DNA of 64,000 nt from Bispira polyomma (Eukaryota), in NCBI GenBank assembly GCA_965649765.1, contig OZ287753.1:69068001-69132000 (forward strand), read 5' to 3'. The notes under the pieces are model-generated. The model saw nothing but the letters and a program-made list of their open reading frames with translations. It was not told where the DNA came from and searched no databases. Below, piece after piece: positions 50,270 to 63,484 of this stretch. Each line of letters opens with the position of its first letter. Positions within the stretch are counted from its first letter, which is position 1. The position numbers were made by a program, and so were the translations under genes.

Positions 50270-50860
50270 CCCTTTTCTAATGCTTGCCCTGGTAGACGAG
50301 GATTACTGTTTCCTGTGGGTTGACATAGGTTCAAGCGGCTCATGCTTGGACGTCCAGATTTTTAACAGATCCGAACTTAAGGAGAAAATAGAGGACCAGT
50401 CGATCAACTCCCCCCTGAAACCATTATTCCCGTCTAAGCCTCTATCCCCTACTTTATCCTAGGAAATGACGCATTTTCCCTAAATACAAGATGGATGATG
50501 GATGGAGATGGACATGAATGAAAGGTTTTACAATTATAGGATGTCCAGAGGCCGAAGAGTGGTCGAACATGTATTTGGGATTTTAGTCCAGAGATTCTGA
50601 GTGCTTCTGTCAATGATGCAGCAGGAACCACCAGTGGTGGCCACCATAGCTTTAGCATGTGTGGTCCTGCACAATGTGATGAGGGCTGCAGCCATTAACA
50701 TGGCTAATCCAGGTAACCCAGAAGATGACCAACCTGTCTCACTGATAGCAGCATGTGTTGGGGGAACAACCCCCCCCCCCCCCAACTGTAGAAATCCCAG
50801 CAGAGCAGCAAAAGATCAGAGGGAGCTACTCATGCAATATTTCACCAATGGGGGGGGGGG
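50270..50860 (+). mobile_element. PIF/Harbinger DDE transposase remnant
   Basis: ALVDEDYCFLWVDIGSSGS, YFILGNDAF, YNYRMSRGRRVVEHVFGILVQRF, ACVVLHN. Confidence 0.85.
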
Positions 50861-51049
50861 GGGGGGCAGTGCCCTGGCAAAATTACCAAGTTTGAGTGTA
50901 CACCTGAGCCTAAGCCAAGAACAAATCTGAAAGGTCCTTTTCAGGGCGACCCAAAACATCCAAAAACAATGTTTGAGTTGTTGTTGAAAAAGCAAACATA
51001 AAAACTCCTCATGACAAGAAGCATACCCCCACAAATAACTTTCAAATTT

Positions 51050-51710
51050 ACCTAAATTATTCTGAGATATAATTCAACTACAATATATTTTCCGCATTTA
51101 TTGAAATATGGTTTAATGCCAATCTGATTTTTCTCTTAGTATTGTTGCCCTCTCTTACATGGAATACTGATTAGGATTACTCTTGAGAAATGACAAAAAT
51201 AGGAAAATGAATTCTAATGAGACAAAGAAATTAAGTTCAAGGATCATGTATGGTGGAAAAACGATACAATTACTTCTTAGAAATGCTCAAAATAGGACAA
51301 TGGGTTCTAATCGGGGCAAAAATGAAGTAACAAAAAAAATTATAATATCAAACTGTGCAGTACTTCAGCATTATGGGTAAACAATTTGATAACTATGAGA
51401 AGTACTAGCTTTGTGCACACACAACAGGCCATTTTAAAGCATTAAACTTTTCCCAATAATTTTCAAATAGATTTTTTTTTTTAGATTTATCAAAATCCAG
51501 TTCAATACTAAAGATTCCATTTTCCCACATTTTTGTGTAAGTAGAAGTCTAGAGTACAATAAAATGTCATACTATAACATAAATAGTATAAATATATATA
51601 TATAAATTCTGTAAATAGATATGTGTCTATATATATATATCCTGTACATACAATGTTTTTCTGTTCTTACACACTCTCTACAGTTCTTTGAAATGGTGAC
51701 TCATTACTAC
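51050..51710 (+). repeat. Dispersed repeat with homologues at ~61190-61570 and ~61780-62360
   Basis: Shared blocks such as gaaatgctcaaaataggac, aaacaatttgataactatgagaagtactagctttgtgcac and gagtacaataaaatgtcat. Confidence 0.75.
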
Positions 51711-52259
51711 TCAGACCTTTACTCTGACGTTTAGACAAAAAATCAATGTTTTAGTCAAGCGAATGTGTTTGTACCAAATTATTAGCTCAGACTCAAATCC
51801 CTGATACCAAGAATTATTGGCTTGCAACAATAAAAATCAATATGGTGTCAAAGAGGATATATATAAAACTGTACTTGCTCTAAAATAGTATTTAATCAAT
51901 GTCACATAACAGGTTGGAAAGTTTCAATGTATATATTAAATTGATGTGCATGTTTAAACATAGTTTGGTGTATATCAGCATGTATGTTGCTACTGGGCAT
52001 GAGTCTGAATAGAAGCTACAAAGCGTTGTGTAGTTTAATACTCCCTTGGTGAGAAAAACAAGGCTTCCTCACAGATCAGGAAGCCTCAAAACTGTCAAAG
52101 CATAAAACAAATGGTGCACATATATAGGAATCTCCAGAAACCTAAAGACACACACATACATATACACATACATCATACATTAGGGACCTTTTTGAGGGAC
52201 GTCCATGAACCCAAACACACATACATACATTAGGGACATAATATATACAGGAACCTTTA

Positions 52260-54160
52260 ATGGTGGTTCCATATAGCCGATTTGGTCCCCGACCTTCCCG
52301 ACTTTGAGGTCCGGGGCGAGTTTGTATAGGTCGGGAGTCAAACACGGGAAAGTCTCGAAGGTCGGGAAGAATATTAAACATGTTTGCTATTTTTTTGAAA
52401 GGTCCATGACATGCTTCCCGAACCTCGAAAAACGGGAAGGTCGGCCAATAAGTTTGATTGTATTGTCAATACCATCTGTTGGATAGGTCTTATCATACTT
52501 CAGGCTTGTCCCATCGTTGGCCTGTTTGATCCTATTAAAATTGGCCCCGTTTTGGGTAGGACAGAATGGGCAAGCAATCCGATCGAACTTATTGACGTCC
52601 CGATCTAACGTATTGCGCCCGAATCGAACAGGGTGAGGATACAATCAAACTTACACCCAATATTATCTGACATATTCACTCCCGACCAATAGGATAGAAC
52701 TTTGCATGCAGGCGCGTTTAGGTATAAAGACATCTCGGCAGTACTAGACGCGTTGTATTTGGAGATTGCTGGATGGTATACGAGCTGTCTTTTTGGTAGA
52801 GAGGCCTTTTATTGTTTTTCATATTCTATGTACTGGCGCTTTTAGGGAAAGTTTTACAGTTAGGTTTTTAAAATTATATACACAACATTTATATATCAAG
52901 ATGCCTAGAAAAAGAAAGGTGAAGAGGAAGATGGAAGTAGAGAAGGAGAGCGAATTTAAAGTAGGAATTTCTTCAGATGAGTTGGAAGCACAGAGGAAGA
53001 CCAGAGGGAGAGCCCCATCTCTAGTGAGAGGAGTGAGAGACAGGGATTGTGTGAGTCATGACAGGGATTAAAGGATTCGTCCCAGGGATTGTCTGAGTCG
53101 TCCCAAGGATTGCAAGGATCATCCCAGTACAGAGGTCACGTCAAGAAGTCCTGCAAGATGGTGCATGTCATACTGACAGAGGAGGATGAGGAGGCCATTG
53201 TTGAGTTTGTGAGACACAACGAGATCCTGTACAACAAGAGGCATTAGCAGTTTAAGGACAGAATCCTCAAAAAGAGGCTTTGGAAAGAATTTGCCATCAG
53301 TTGCATTGGCTCAGAGGTCGATTTTTGTTTCTAGGATCCCACATTGTTTGCCCCGTGAAGTCCTCGGCTTTAAAGCCATCTGCCTCCTCTACACAGAGAC
53401 CTTCCACACCACGTCCCGAGGTACACAACTTGTCAAGGTACTTCAGTATTGGAGGTGACAGTGCCACAGAGACTAGTATGCGGAGCACACAGCGAAGTTC
53501 GCCAGCCTGTCAGAGTGCAGACATCAGCATTCAGCTCGCCGAACACTTTGGGCACATGAGAAGCTTGATGACCACGATTGTAGGGGACAGCCATAAGCCT
53601 GAGAGCCCCAGTCAAACTGTGCCACTTTCTTTCAGTACCTGGCAACAGAGGCCGAGAAGATGGATGAGGGGAATTTTCAAAGCTCCAGGAATGATACATT
53701 TGATTGTCTGAGCAGGATTGATCACCAGAGAAGCCAGCCCCCCAGAAGTGCTTTTATGAGAACAGTTCCCAGTTTCACACAGTCCCAAGCGCCGATTTCA
53801 ACCTTCATTCCCCAGCAGTTTTCTACCAGGGGCGTAGCTACCGTTAACACCAGTATGCCCAGGCGTACCAATATAATGACCAGAAAAAAAAAAAAAAAAA
53901 AAAAATCTTTATCCTGTTTGTTTTAGTAGTAACATAGATTTATCTTATTATATTTTACCAACCCCCCCCCCCCCCCCTCACTAATTGAATAATTGAATTT
54001 TTGGCAGGACAAAAAAACAACCTAGTATATTCATTTAATTTTGTGAGTACCAAATGAAAAATCCTGGCTACTCCCCTGTCTACGCAGCAGCCTCATCATC
54101 CTTCACAGCAGCCAGTTTTTGTGTTGGATACAGCTACGTCGTCTCAGGCTGTTTTAGTAT
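52260..54160 (+). mobile_element. Harbinger-like element end plus degenerate MADF/Myb-like DNA-binding gene
   Basis: CCCGA/TCGGG-rich terminus at 52260-52720; LTEEDEEAIVEFVRHNEILYNKRH*QFKDRILKKRLWKEFA at ~53170-53300; Gln-rich tail. Confidence 0.65.
53827..54078. mobile_element. Short non-autonomous DNA element with 12-bp TIR and 5-bp TSD
   Basis: CAGGGGCGTAGC ... GCTACTCCCCTG, flanked by TCTAC on both sides. Confidence 0.75.
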
Positions 54161-54199
54161 GAACTTTTAAAATCAGTAAGGTTAATCAAATACATTGTC

Positions 54200-57100
54200 T
54201 GACTAAATTTGTTACAACTCATTGCATAAGTACAACTGCATTCGACTAATAACTGGCTACAAACAAATATGTTACATTGTAAGTTACAACAAGTTAGCAG
54301 TGACCGTTTGGAACGTTCACAAATCTCTTGTCAAAAGAACAAACCAACAGACAAAAATGAAAATATACCTCCTAGCTGCCATTATCCTAACAAGGAAGTA
54401 AGCTACTGTGGATAAGGTAAAGTCTTTGTTATCGCTCAGTTAAATATAATATTCTGATTAATTTGAAAACACTGTTTTCAAAAGCTATCACAGCAGCTTG
54501 GAAAGCACATGGACTACAATATTAGAATATTTTGTAAGCAAATTGAAGTGTTAATTGAATAAATTAAAATAAAAGAAAGCAACTAAGGTAACATTTGATT
54601 AAATTTTCCTTTTTTTAGTTTTAATCCGGACATTTTCTATTTTGTTACTACTATTTTTATCATTTGACACAACAATACTGCTATGAATAGTGGCAACAAT
54701 AACACCGGGGCCTATAAGTATTATAGATATGACAAGATCGATTTGGCAATAAAATCAAATAAATAAACTTATTATGTGAAACACGTTCTCAGGTTGTTGT
54801 GGGAAATAGAGGCAAAACATGTACGAATAGATTTGCAACCACTAGGGGAAATGTTCCAAATAAAAACAAAAACAAAGGTGTACTCTTTAAACCGGGTCAA
54901 CAAGCCAAAAAAACACAACAAGGGCTGTCGTCCTCCTTATGTTGAAAGTGTCAAAAATAAAACCATAAGATTCGCCTCCCCAGTGAAAGGCAAACTTGCC
55001 AACAAACCATTGTTTCAGAAAAAGAGAGTTGACAACTTGGGCCACAACAAAGACTTCCAATTACCACTCCACAATCAATGACCTGAGATAAGTCTAGTTC
55101 CATCAATCAGTGTGTCATTATAGATCTCAGTTGGCTGGGAGGGTATTCCATGAATGCTGCCATGTGTCCAAGCTCGTATCTTTAGAAAAATTTTTTGTTA
55201 ATCTACCCGTCCATAGATACTATAACTGATCAAGTACTTGCCATGGGTAAAGGTTCTCTTCAAAGTGGACATAAGCTGTGCCTTTCGTCAGGTGCCCATA
55301 GACCCATGTGAACTGAATCTGCTAGGCTTGTATTGCGATGGCTACTATGTGGACGGCTCGCTGCCTTTTGGCTACAAGCATGGCTCGGTCATATTCAAGC
55401 GCATTTTGGACGGGGTCAGATATATTATGCAAGGTGAAGGTCACTATATTATGAATTACATAGACGATCTTTTATGTTGCTCGGTTCCTTCCAAAATATA
55501 CAAAACTTACCACCGTTTACAAGCCTTGCTGGCCAAGTTGGTTCTGACCCTCAGCAGCAAAAAACTAGTGGCTCCTGCCACTCGAGTGACTTGTCTTGGC
55601 ATAATAATAGATACAGTCGACTTTACTACCTCTATTCCTGAGGAAAAGTTAAGTACTATTCAAACTATGTGTGACAAATGGGCTGCCAAAAGGTATTGCA
55701 CAAAAAGGGAACTGCTAAGTCTATTGGGTTCCTTGTTGTACGTTTCAAAGTGTGTAAAGTATTCAAGGTTCTTCCTGAATCGTATGTTACAACTATTGAG
55801 AAGCAATTACAAAGGCAAAACATTTAAAATTAACCCTGACTTCAGGAAAGATCTCAACTGGTTTCGAGCATTTCTCAAAAGATTTAATAGTGTTTCTTTT
55901 TTCCACCATAGCCCCATTGCTAGCACTATGGAATAAGACGCTTTCTTAACAGGCATGGGGAAAATATACGCTCTTTCCATACCAGCAGACCTCCAATAAT
56001 ATAACATTGCCTCACTATAAATGTTAAACATATATGTGGCTCTAAAATTATGGGGAATTTTGTGGCAGGGACAAAAGACACTCATAAAATGTGGCAACCA
56101 GGCGGTGGTTAGTGTGCTTACCAATAGTAGAACTAAAGATAATATCCTAGCCTTATACTCTCGCAATATATTCATGTTGGCTAGCCATCATATGTTCAGT
56201 TACAAGTCATTCATATATTGGGTGACCACAACACCACTGCCGATTTGCTGTCCAGATGGGAAAACATCCCTCAAAATAATGAAAAATTTCATTCCCTTGT
56301 AGGTGCTGTGGAATGGTGTCCTGTCTTCCAGCAACATCTTGTATTAAACCATGAAACATAAACAGTGTGTTCCAAAATTTTCCTTTTATCTTTTGTATTT
56401 CAGATCACAACCCTTTGCAAAAACTACTGTATCAAAATGCTACTAGGAAGCTTCATCTGGCCTTCTGCAGGTCCACTGCCACGTCTTACAAAGCTATGTA
56501 CCGTGTGTATTTGGCATTTGGGGCCTTTATGGAGTGGCCTTCTATTCAGGTCACAGCTTTCCAGTTGCTATGTTTCTAGAAATGTTACATTGTAATGGTG
56601 TTTAACCTGCACATATGGCAAATTATTTGTCTGCCATTAAAGCTGAATCTATTATTTGCAATGTCCAAATACAGGCCTTCAGTGATCCTCGTATTGCATA
56701 CTATCAAAAGGCAGCACAATTGGCTGCTCCACTCCATGTCAAACTTAAAAAAATCATAGATATTTCAACCTTGAGTACTATAGTTTCTCTATCCCTGACT
56801 ACATATATGGGACTTGTATTTTGAGCAGTATACCTGCTCAGTTTCTTTTCATTTCTTCGGTTATCAAATCTTGTCCCTCATTCAGCCTGTCAATTTTCCC
56901 CTCTCAAATATCTGGCTAGAGCAGATGTCCTGTTTCACCCTGACAAAGAGATAATACTTATCAAATGGTCCAAAACCATGCAAAACAACAAAAATATTAA
57001 GCTTACCACCATTCCTCGTTTGCCAGGCTGAAATTTGTGTCCTGTTAGATCACTGGAGGCCAATTTGGCTGTAGCCCCTTCAGGAAACAATCTTCCTTTA

Positions 57101-58070
57101 TTTCAAATCAGAGTTATCCAATCCTGGGTACCTCTGACTAATACTAGAGTATGTTGCCATTTCAAAGATATATTGTCCCGCATGAAACTGCAAGATTATG
57201 GCCTTACCTTACACGCTTTCCAACGTTTAGGTGCTACCTTTGCCTTCAATCATAATGTCAGCATTCAGAACATTCAAAATCATGGCACCTGGACGTCGGA
57301 TTGCGTTTGGAGGTACGTCAATGACACAGTTGACGCTGGCCACCAGGTAGCTGACTCTTTCAGACGTTACCTTTCCACACCTCATCTCCTAACCTACTAC
57401 CTATTTTGGGGTTTGGCTGGTTCTAGTCAAGTAATAATTCTAGTATTTTCAAAAGTATTAATATATCTTATATGCTTGTGTAACATTACATTAACTGGCT
57501 TAGATATATTTATAATTTTGTAATATCTAGCTCTCTTAGTTAATGATAACAGTACCTAGTGACCAAGTGTAATGTAATAGTAATTAATAAGTTAAGTAAA
57601 GTAATAACGTACCTTCAACTTAAAGTTGTGCAAAAATTTAAATGCTACAGTACAGTAGCTATCTAGTCTAATAACTTGTAAAATCACACTTACATAACCT
57701 GTAATAACTAGACGCTGCAGTACAGTAGCTATCTAGTTTCTAAAATGGGTTAATCCTAATTAATTTAAATTAAATGCTTTGGATTTAAGGTCACCTTAGT
57801 TTACACCTCCGTTGGGGTTCTTCTAATGTCAACCTTAAATTAAGTTACTAAGGTGACCTTAGCTAAATTTCTTTATTATCATAAGTATTTCAATAAGTGA
57901 CTTTAAGTCACTCTAAGTAGTAACATTTTAAATTCTGGTTTAAGGTGACCTTAAGTCACTCTGTATATAGTAGTCAACTAACTGTTAGTCTAATAAACAA
58001 ATTTACCGCATTCTGTGTATACCAACCTTGAGTTGTGACCTATGACCCCTGACCTGTGTCAGGTGTTGAA
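54200..58070 (+). mobile_element. Degenerate Ngaro-like element (RT, RNase H, YR; gag missing)
   Basis: KVDISCAFRQV, LPFGYKHGS, NYIDDLL; NTTADLLSRW; FFSFLRLSN, KWSKT, HAFQR, HGTWTSDCVWRY; many stops. Left boundary is approximate. Confidence 0.85.
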
Positions 58071-58109
58071 ATGGTACATGTACATTTTCATGACCTTTCC
58101 GTTTTTAAT

Positions 58110-59215
58110 ACAATTCTACTGACATTATTTTTTTTTAATTTTATTTTCCCTTAAATGTCTCACATGTATGTGTATAAAACTTTTCACCCGTTCTATGAAC
58201 TGTAGAGAACTTACAAATTCCTTCTTGAAAAACCTGTAAGTAACAGAATTTTGTTTTGTACTTTTTTTTTTGGTACTCGCTGTACTGATTGTGCCATTAT
58301 TGAAGGACAAACTAGTACTGGTAATGTGACGTTGGGCATGGGACCTGCATATCCTGTCTACTTTTTTAATATCCAACCACCCTAGTTTGTCCATTTTCAT
58401 CTTTGTTAGCTTAACTGCATGGCAAGCCTTAGCCGCTTCCCAGGAAAAATCTTGTGCGTCAACCATAATGCTTTCCATGTAGTCCAACATAGCCCCTTTA
58501 ACTTCAATACTTTTTTCATCCTAGATTATTCGTGTGAATCCACACACCTAATGCACTAAAGTAAGATCATCATAACTAGGCAGGGATTTAGCACTTCTGG
58601 ATAATATATGGTTTTGAGGCCAATTGACAGATTTTTTGACAAAATTTCGGAGCCACTCCCTCATTGGGATTTCAATTTATCTTGAGAGGGATTTTCATTG
58701 AGGATTTTTAATTGTTTGAGCCTTTGTTCCACCTGTGTTTGAATTTCAACGTTATGTTTAAGAAAATCGACAACAGGAACAATAGTACTATTATCGCTGC
58801 ACTTATGGTCTTTGTTAAGGTTTACAGAACTACTGTTTATAGAAAGAATTAGATACATTGCTACCAGCCTGATCACTTGAGTGGTTTTCCACCAACACCG
58901 CCTCTGTAGCCTGTACCCGCTTGTCCATCTTCTCCATTATTTGATTTATCGTTTGCATTTATGACAAGATAGGTTGTGCCAACGCTGCCTGCTGATCATC
59001 TAGAGTGGAATTTTGCTAGGTACTGGTACTCGGGCCGGCAATAGGTTTATCCAAAACCTTATATAGAATGGCCATGCAATTCCTGCCTGAGGGCCATTGG
59101 TGCTGCTTTAAGCATCTGGTACAATTAACCACCCTTTTGGTACCAACGATTTGCGGCATGACTGGAGAGTAAACTTGTGTAAAATAGAAAAGTATAAAAC
59201 AAATGAAAAACACAT
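58110..59215 (-). mobile_element. Ngaro gag remnant, antisense to the adjacent element
   Basis: MPQIVGTKRVVNCTRCLKQH..PSGRNC; SQDKLKSQ; DAQDFSWEAAKACHA...DRICRSHAQR; homologous to the other two gags. Confidence 0.8.
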
Positions 59216-59519
59216 AGACTCCGGTGATGCTGCGTATCCTGTTCTTTTAAAGCTCCTTATTCTGTAACCCCCACCCCCCCCCCCCCACACACACACACAC
59301 CCCCAGTGACAGAATAATTTGGAGGGAACAAGTCTTTCATAGTTTGTCCAAGCGCCTCCCACATAACTTTAGTCTGGTACCCAGCACTAAGGACGCTATC
59401 GCCCGTTGCATTAGCATACATTTTCTTCCCCCACCCACCACTCAAAATATTGGGTTAAAGTGTTATTATAGGGTTTATTTATTATTAGTAGATATTGTAA
59501 AGTTTATTAACCTCTTTTG

Positions 59520-59645
59520 TTGGCATGTTTTAAAATATAAAATTAAAATATTTTGTACAGTTTTTAATAGAAAATGTTATAAAATTCCCAAATCTGCATC
59601 TGACTTCTTAGCCTTACAGGGTAACATATCACTATGACCTTATCT
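59520..59645 (+). repeat. Diverged homologue of the Ngaro B repeat
   Basis: ttggcatgtt...cccaaatctgcatctgac...tatgacctt in the same order as in 28851-29042. Confidence 0.6.
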
Positions 59646-59759
59646 AGTCAACCAACCAGTCCAACATGGCTAGGTCAATTACTGTGACCTGTTGGGGTCA
59701 AAAACCTATGGCTAATAATAAATGACTGGAGTTAAAGTTTTCTACCAAGTGTAGAATTC

Positions 59760-60030
59760 TTTTGTTTTTAATTTTTTGAATTGGGCTATTTAACGTACAC
59801 TCTGGTACCTGTTTAGGTCATATTAGGACGGGTAGTTGGAAATGCTGGAGAAAACACTGCATACAGTCGATCAAGGTTCTGAACTGAAACCAGCGGTCCA
59901 CAGTAAGGAACTACCACCTTTCCCACATAGGCATCGACGGGAGTCGAACCCACGCCAGCCGATCCTAGAGGTGAGAGACCAGTGATTGTGAAGCGCAATT
60001 CTTGCTAACCACTAGGCCACCGCGGCCCCT
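59760..60030 (-). mobile_element. tRNA-derived SINE, full-length copy
   Basis: Collinear with 8783-9042; A box TGGCCTAGTGG, B box GGTTCGACTCC. Confidence 0.88.
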
Positions 60031-60364
60031 CCCCAAGCCTAGAAGGAAAGTCAAAATGTCACAGGCTCTCATTTCCAACACAATAGCAGTGTTAACAGTA
60101 GTATTCAGTAACATTGGTTCAATTGTTGAATCAGGCCAACTGTAACTTTGTGTTTTCGAGCCTAATGGCCGCCTCCCATGTGAGAGTTAAAAAACCGATG
60201 CCTGTATCTTTATGGCGATTAGCCGGTCGCACAGAGATCCCCAAAGTAACCAGGATAATAGTTTGAACCAACAGAGATTTCTTTCTGAAACCCTGGGTAA
60301 GCATAGATCTACACGGCCATTGCGGAAATTTAGCACTTTTTTCTAAATTTCTGCAATGAATTTT

Positions 60365-60575
60365 AATTTAGATATTTAACGTCCACTCTAGTGCCTGTTT
60401 AGGTTATATTGGGACGGGTAGTTGGAAACACTGAAGGAAACACTGCATACAGTCGGTCAAGGTTCTGCACTGAAACCAGCGGCCCACAGTAAAGAACTAC
60501 CACCTTTCCCACATAGGCATTGACGGGATTCAAGCTCACACCGCCCAGAGGTGAGAGACCAGTGATTGTGAAGCT
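60365..60575 (-). mobile_element. tRNA-derived SINE, 5'-truncated copy
   Basis: Body nearly identical to 8800-9006; lacks the A box. Confidence 0.85.
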
Positions 60576-62514
60576 GCAATGAATGTATCACAGCAGGAGA
60601 CATCGCTATACTTTCCTCCATACGTTATATGACCAAACCTTACCACGACTGAATACAGGAATTACTTATGATGAAAGGCCATTTTAAATGTCCCAGATAC
60701 GTGCTGGGTAAGCGAAGATAATTGAAAGGCCAATGTGAAAGTGGGAGCCCGCCTTTATTAACAAGATGGTCATCATACCTGAAAATCCTGCTTTGTCTTG
60801 TACTGTAAGATTGTGTGAAATAATACTCTTCTGACCAGTCTTGACCTGTTACCTATCTGATAAACCATCCCGAATCTGAGTACTACCCTCCATCTGAAAT
60901 AATAGGAAATGTCACCAGTATACACCTAAGTAAAGTTAACTGTTTAAGGGGTTCTGTGTTGGTGATGTGAGAATGTTAGATTGATATTAGTAAATGTGAT
61001 TGATTCATATTGTTGTGAATATGGATTTGTGTGAAAAAAATATTCCAAAACATGACTTTTAAAGTTTTATACCTCATGTATTATTAACTTCTCCATCTTG
61101 TTGATATGACCTAAGCACTTAGTATGGTTGACTCATATATATGTCAACAGTGGATCCTAGTGTTTGCTGTCTTTCATGGAATTGTTATGAAGCATTACTT
61201 GTCAGAAATGCTCAAAATAGGACCATGGGTTATAATTGGGGAAAAAATGAAGTCCATAGAACATATGTAGGTGACAAAAATAATAAGATCAATTTGTGCA
61301 GTACTGTATAGCATTATGGGTACACAATTTGATAAGTATGACAAGTACTAGCTTTGTGCACGTCTATCTGGCTAATTTAAAGCATTTTATACTCCAATTT
61401 TCAGGATTCTTGGAATTTTTCTAAAAAAGTAATGATTTTAAATCTTTATACCCGAATTATTCCGAGATATGGTTCAACTACAATTTTTTTTCTCATTTAT
61501 TGAAATATGGTTCAATGTCAATTCGATTTTTTTCTTGGTATTGTTGACCCAAATTTTACCAGAAATACTGTTTCATTAATTTCAATAATTTGATTCAGTC
61601 ATTTCAGGTGAGTAGTAAAAGCTGTTGAAAGCGACGGAAAACCCAACTAAATTTAAATTAACTTCACATTTAGAGAATGTTTACACACTTTTTTTTCTTT
61701 TGTTTTGGCCTTTTCATTTTTTTCCATTTCAGATACTGATAAGTTGACACATGTTTTTTCTGTTGTACACGGAATTGTTATTAAAGATTACTTCTGAGAA
61801 ATTCTAAAAAAAGGACAATGGATTCTAAAGAGGATTACTTCTGAGAAAAGCTAAAAATAGGACAATGGATTCTAATGAGGCAGAGAAATGAAGTCATGGA
61901 TCATATACAGGTGAAAAAAAATAATAATATCAAACTGTGCAGTACTCTAGCATTATGTGTAAACAATTTGATAACTATGAGAAGTACTAGCTTTGTGCAC
62001 ATATATCAGATTAAATGAAAGCATTTCATACTCACATTTTCAGGAATATTTTAATATTTTATCAACAGCAATGATTTTAAATCTGTATACCCGAATTATT
62101 CCCAAATATTTTAAAACAGAAATTTTTTTTTCAGATTTATCGAAATCAAGTACAATACCCAAAAAATGCAATTTCCCACATTTTGGTGCAATAAGAAGTC
62201 TTGAGTACAATAAAATGTCATTATAGTATAAGTAGTATAAATACATATATATGTATATTCAGTAAATATATATATATCTATCTACATATGTGTATATCCT
62301 CTGCACACAATGTTTCTCTGTTCTTAATCTCTCTTAACAGTTTTTTGAAATGGTGACTCAATACGAGTCACAGTCAATGGGCACCTACCAGAATATGAAC
62401 GAATAGATATAGGAGTATGAATAAATACAATGATATAGCTCTTTGGGTATTTATTATACAATCTATCTAACATTCAGTGTTAAAATTCTTATCATACAAA
62501 CATAAAATATCACA

Positions 62515-62830
62515 TCAAGAAAGGTGACCTTTTAAGACTCTAGTCACCTTTTACATACATCAACAGGGGTGACCTTTTAAGGCTAAGGTCACCAATTACA
62601 TAATTACAGTTTACCTTTATTTACACACGGGGTGACTTAAGGTCACCTTACCATAATTTAAGAAAGTGACTTAAGGTCACCATAAACCAAGGATTTTAAT
62701 ACGTTAAGAAGGAGACTGATTAAGGTCACCTTAAAGATTGATTTTACAATTACTTAACTTTTTGATTAGCTTAAAGCAGCTTGGTTTTAAGGTTACGTCA
62801 AGGTGCAACCTTTTGAGGTAAACATAACAT
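62515..62830 (-). repeat. AAGGTGACCTT/TAAGGTCACC-rich segment, inverted homologue of 57780-57965
   Basis: Reverse complement of 57925-57962 matches aaagtgacttaaggtcaccataaacc at ~62663. Confidence 0.65.
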
Positions 62831-63484
62831 CGTGGTCCTGTTTTATCGAGATTTAGCCCCAGTTGCAGGCTAACAAATCTTTGGGACACTCAAGCTTGTG
62901 TCTTTAGTTAGGAAAATGGGCTTTATGTTTATCCAGATATTAAAATATATAGATATTTATTGATTTTTTCACCTATATTCAATAATAAACTTCAAACATG
63001 TGTCACTGGAAGTCTGTGAAATATGTACAGGTATCATAATTCCCGGAATGGTTCGATACTTTCCTAGAATCCAACAAAGTTATCTTGTTGCTTTTTACAA
63101 AATTGGCAGTCTTCTATGTTGATCACACAAACAAATCTCCCCATCGACCATATGTACATAGTGCTTATTTTCTTCATAACTGTTCATTCTTGTCATTGTT
63201 GATTTTTTTCCAATAGCACTTCTGTGTCTCATCGGATTAGGGATTCCTCTTAATGTTTATTTAGTGCTAAGAAATCTCGAGATCGTTACTCCCAGAGTTA
63301 TGTCTATAAATGTCAATAGTTTAGCCTACTAAAAGCTCAGATTGACACTTTACTTCAACGGGGAATCAGTTTGTTTAGCACAATATATATGTAAATCATT
63401 AAATCTCGATTTACAATTTTTACAAGATAACGTGTAAAAAACGAAAGGATTTTATTAGCGCAAAGGAGAGATTCATCTGAAACA

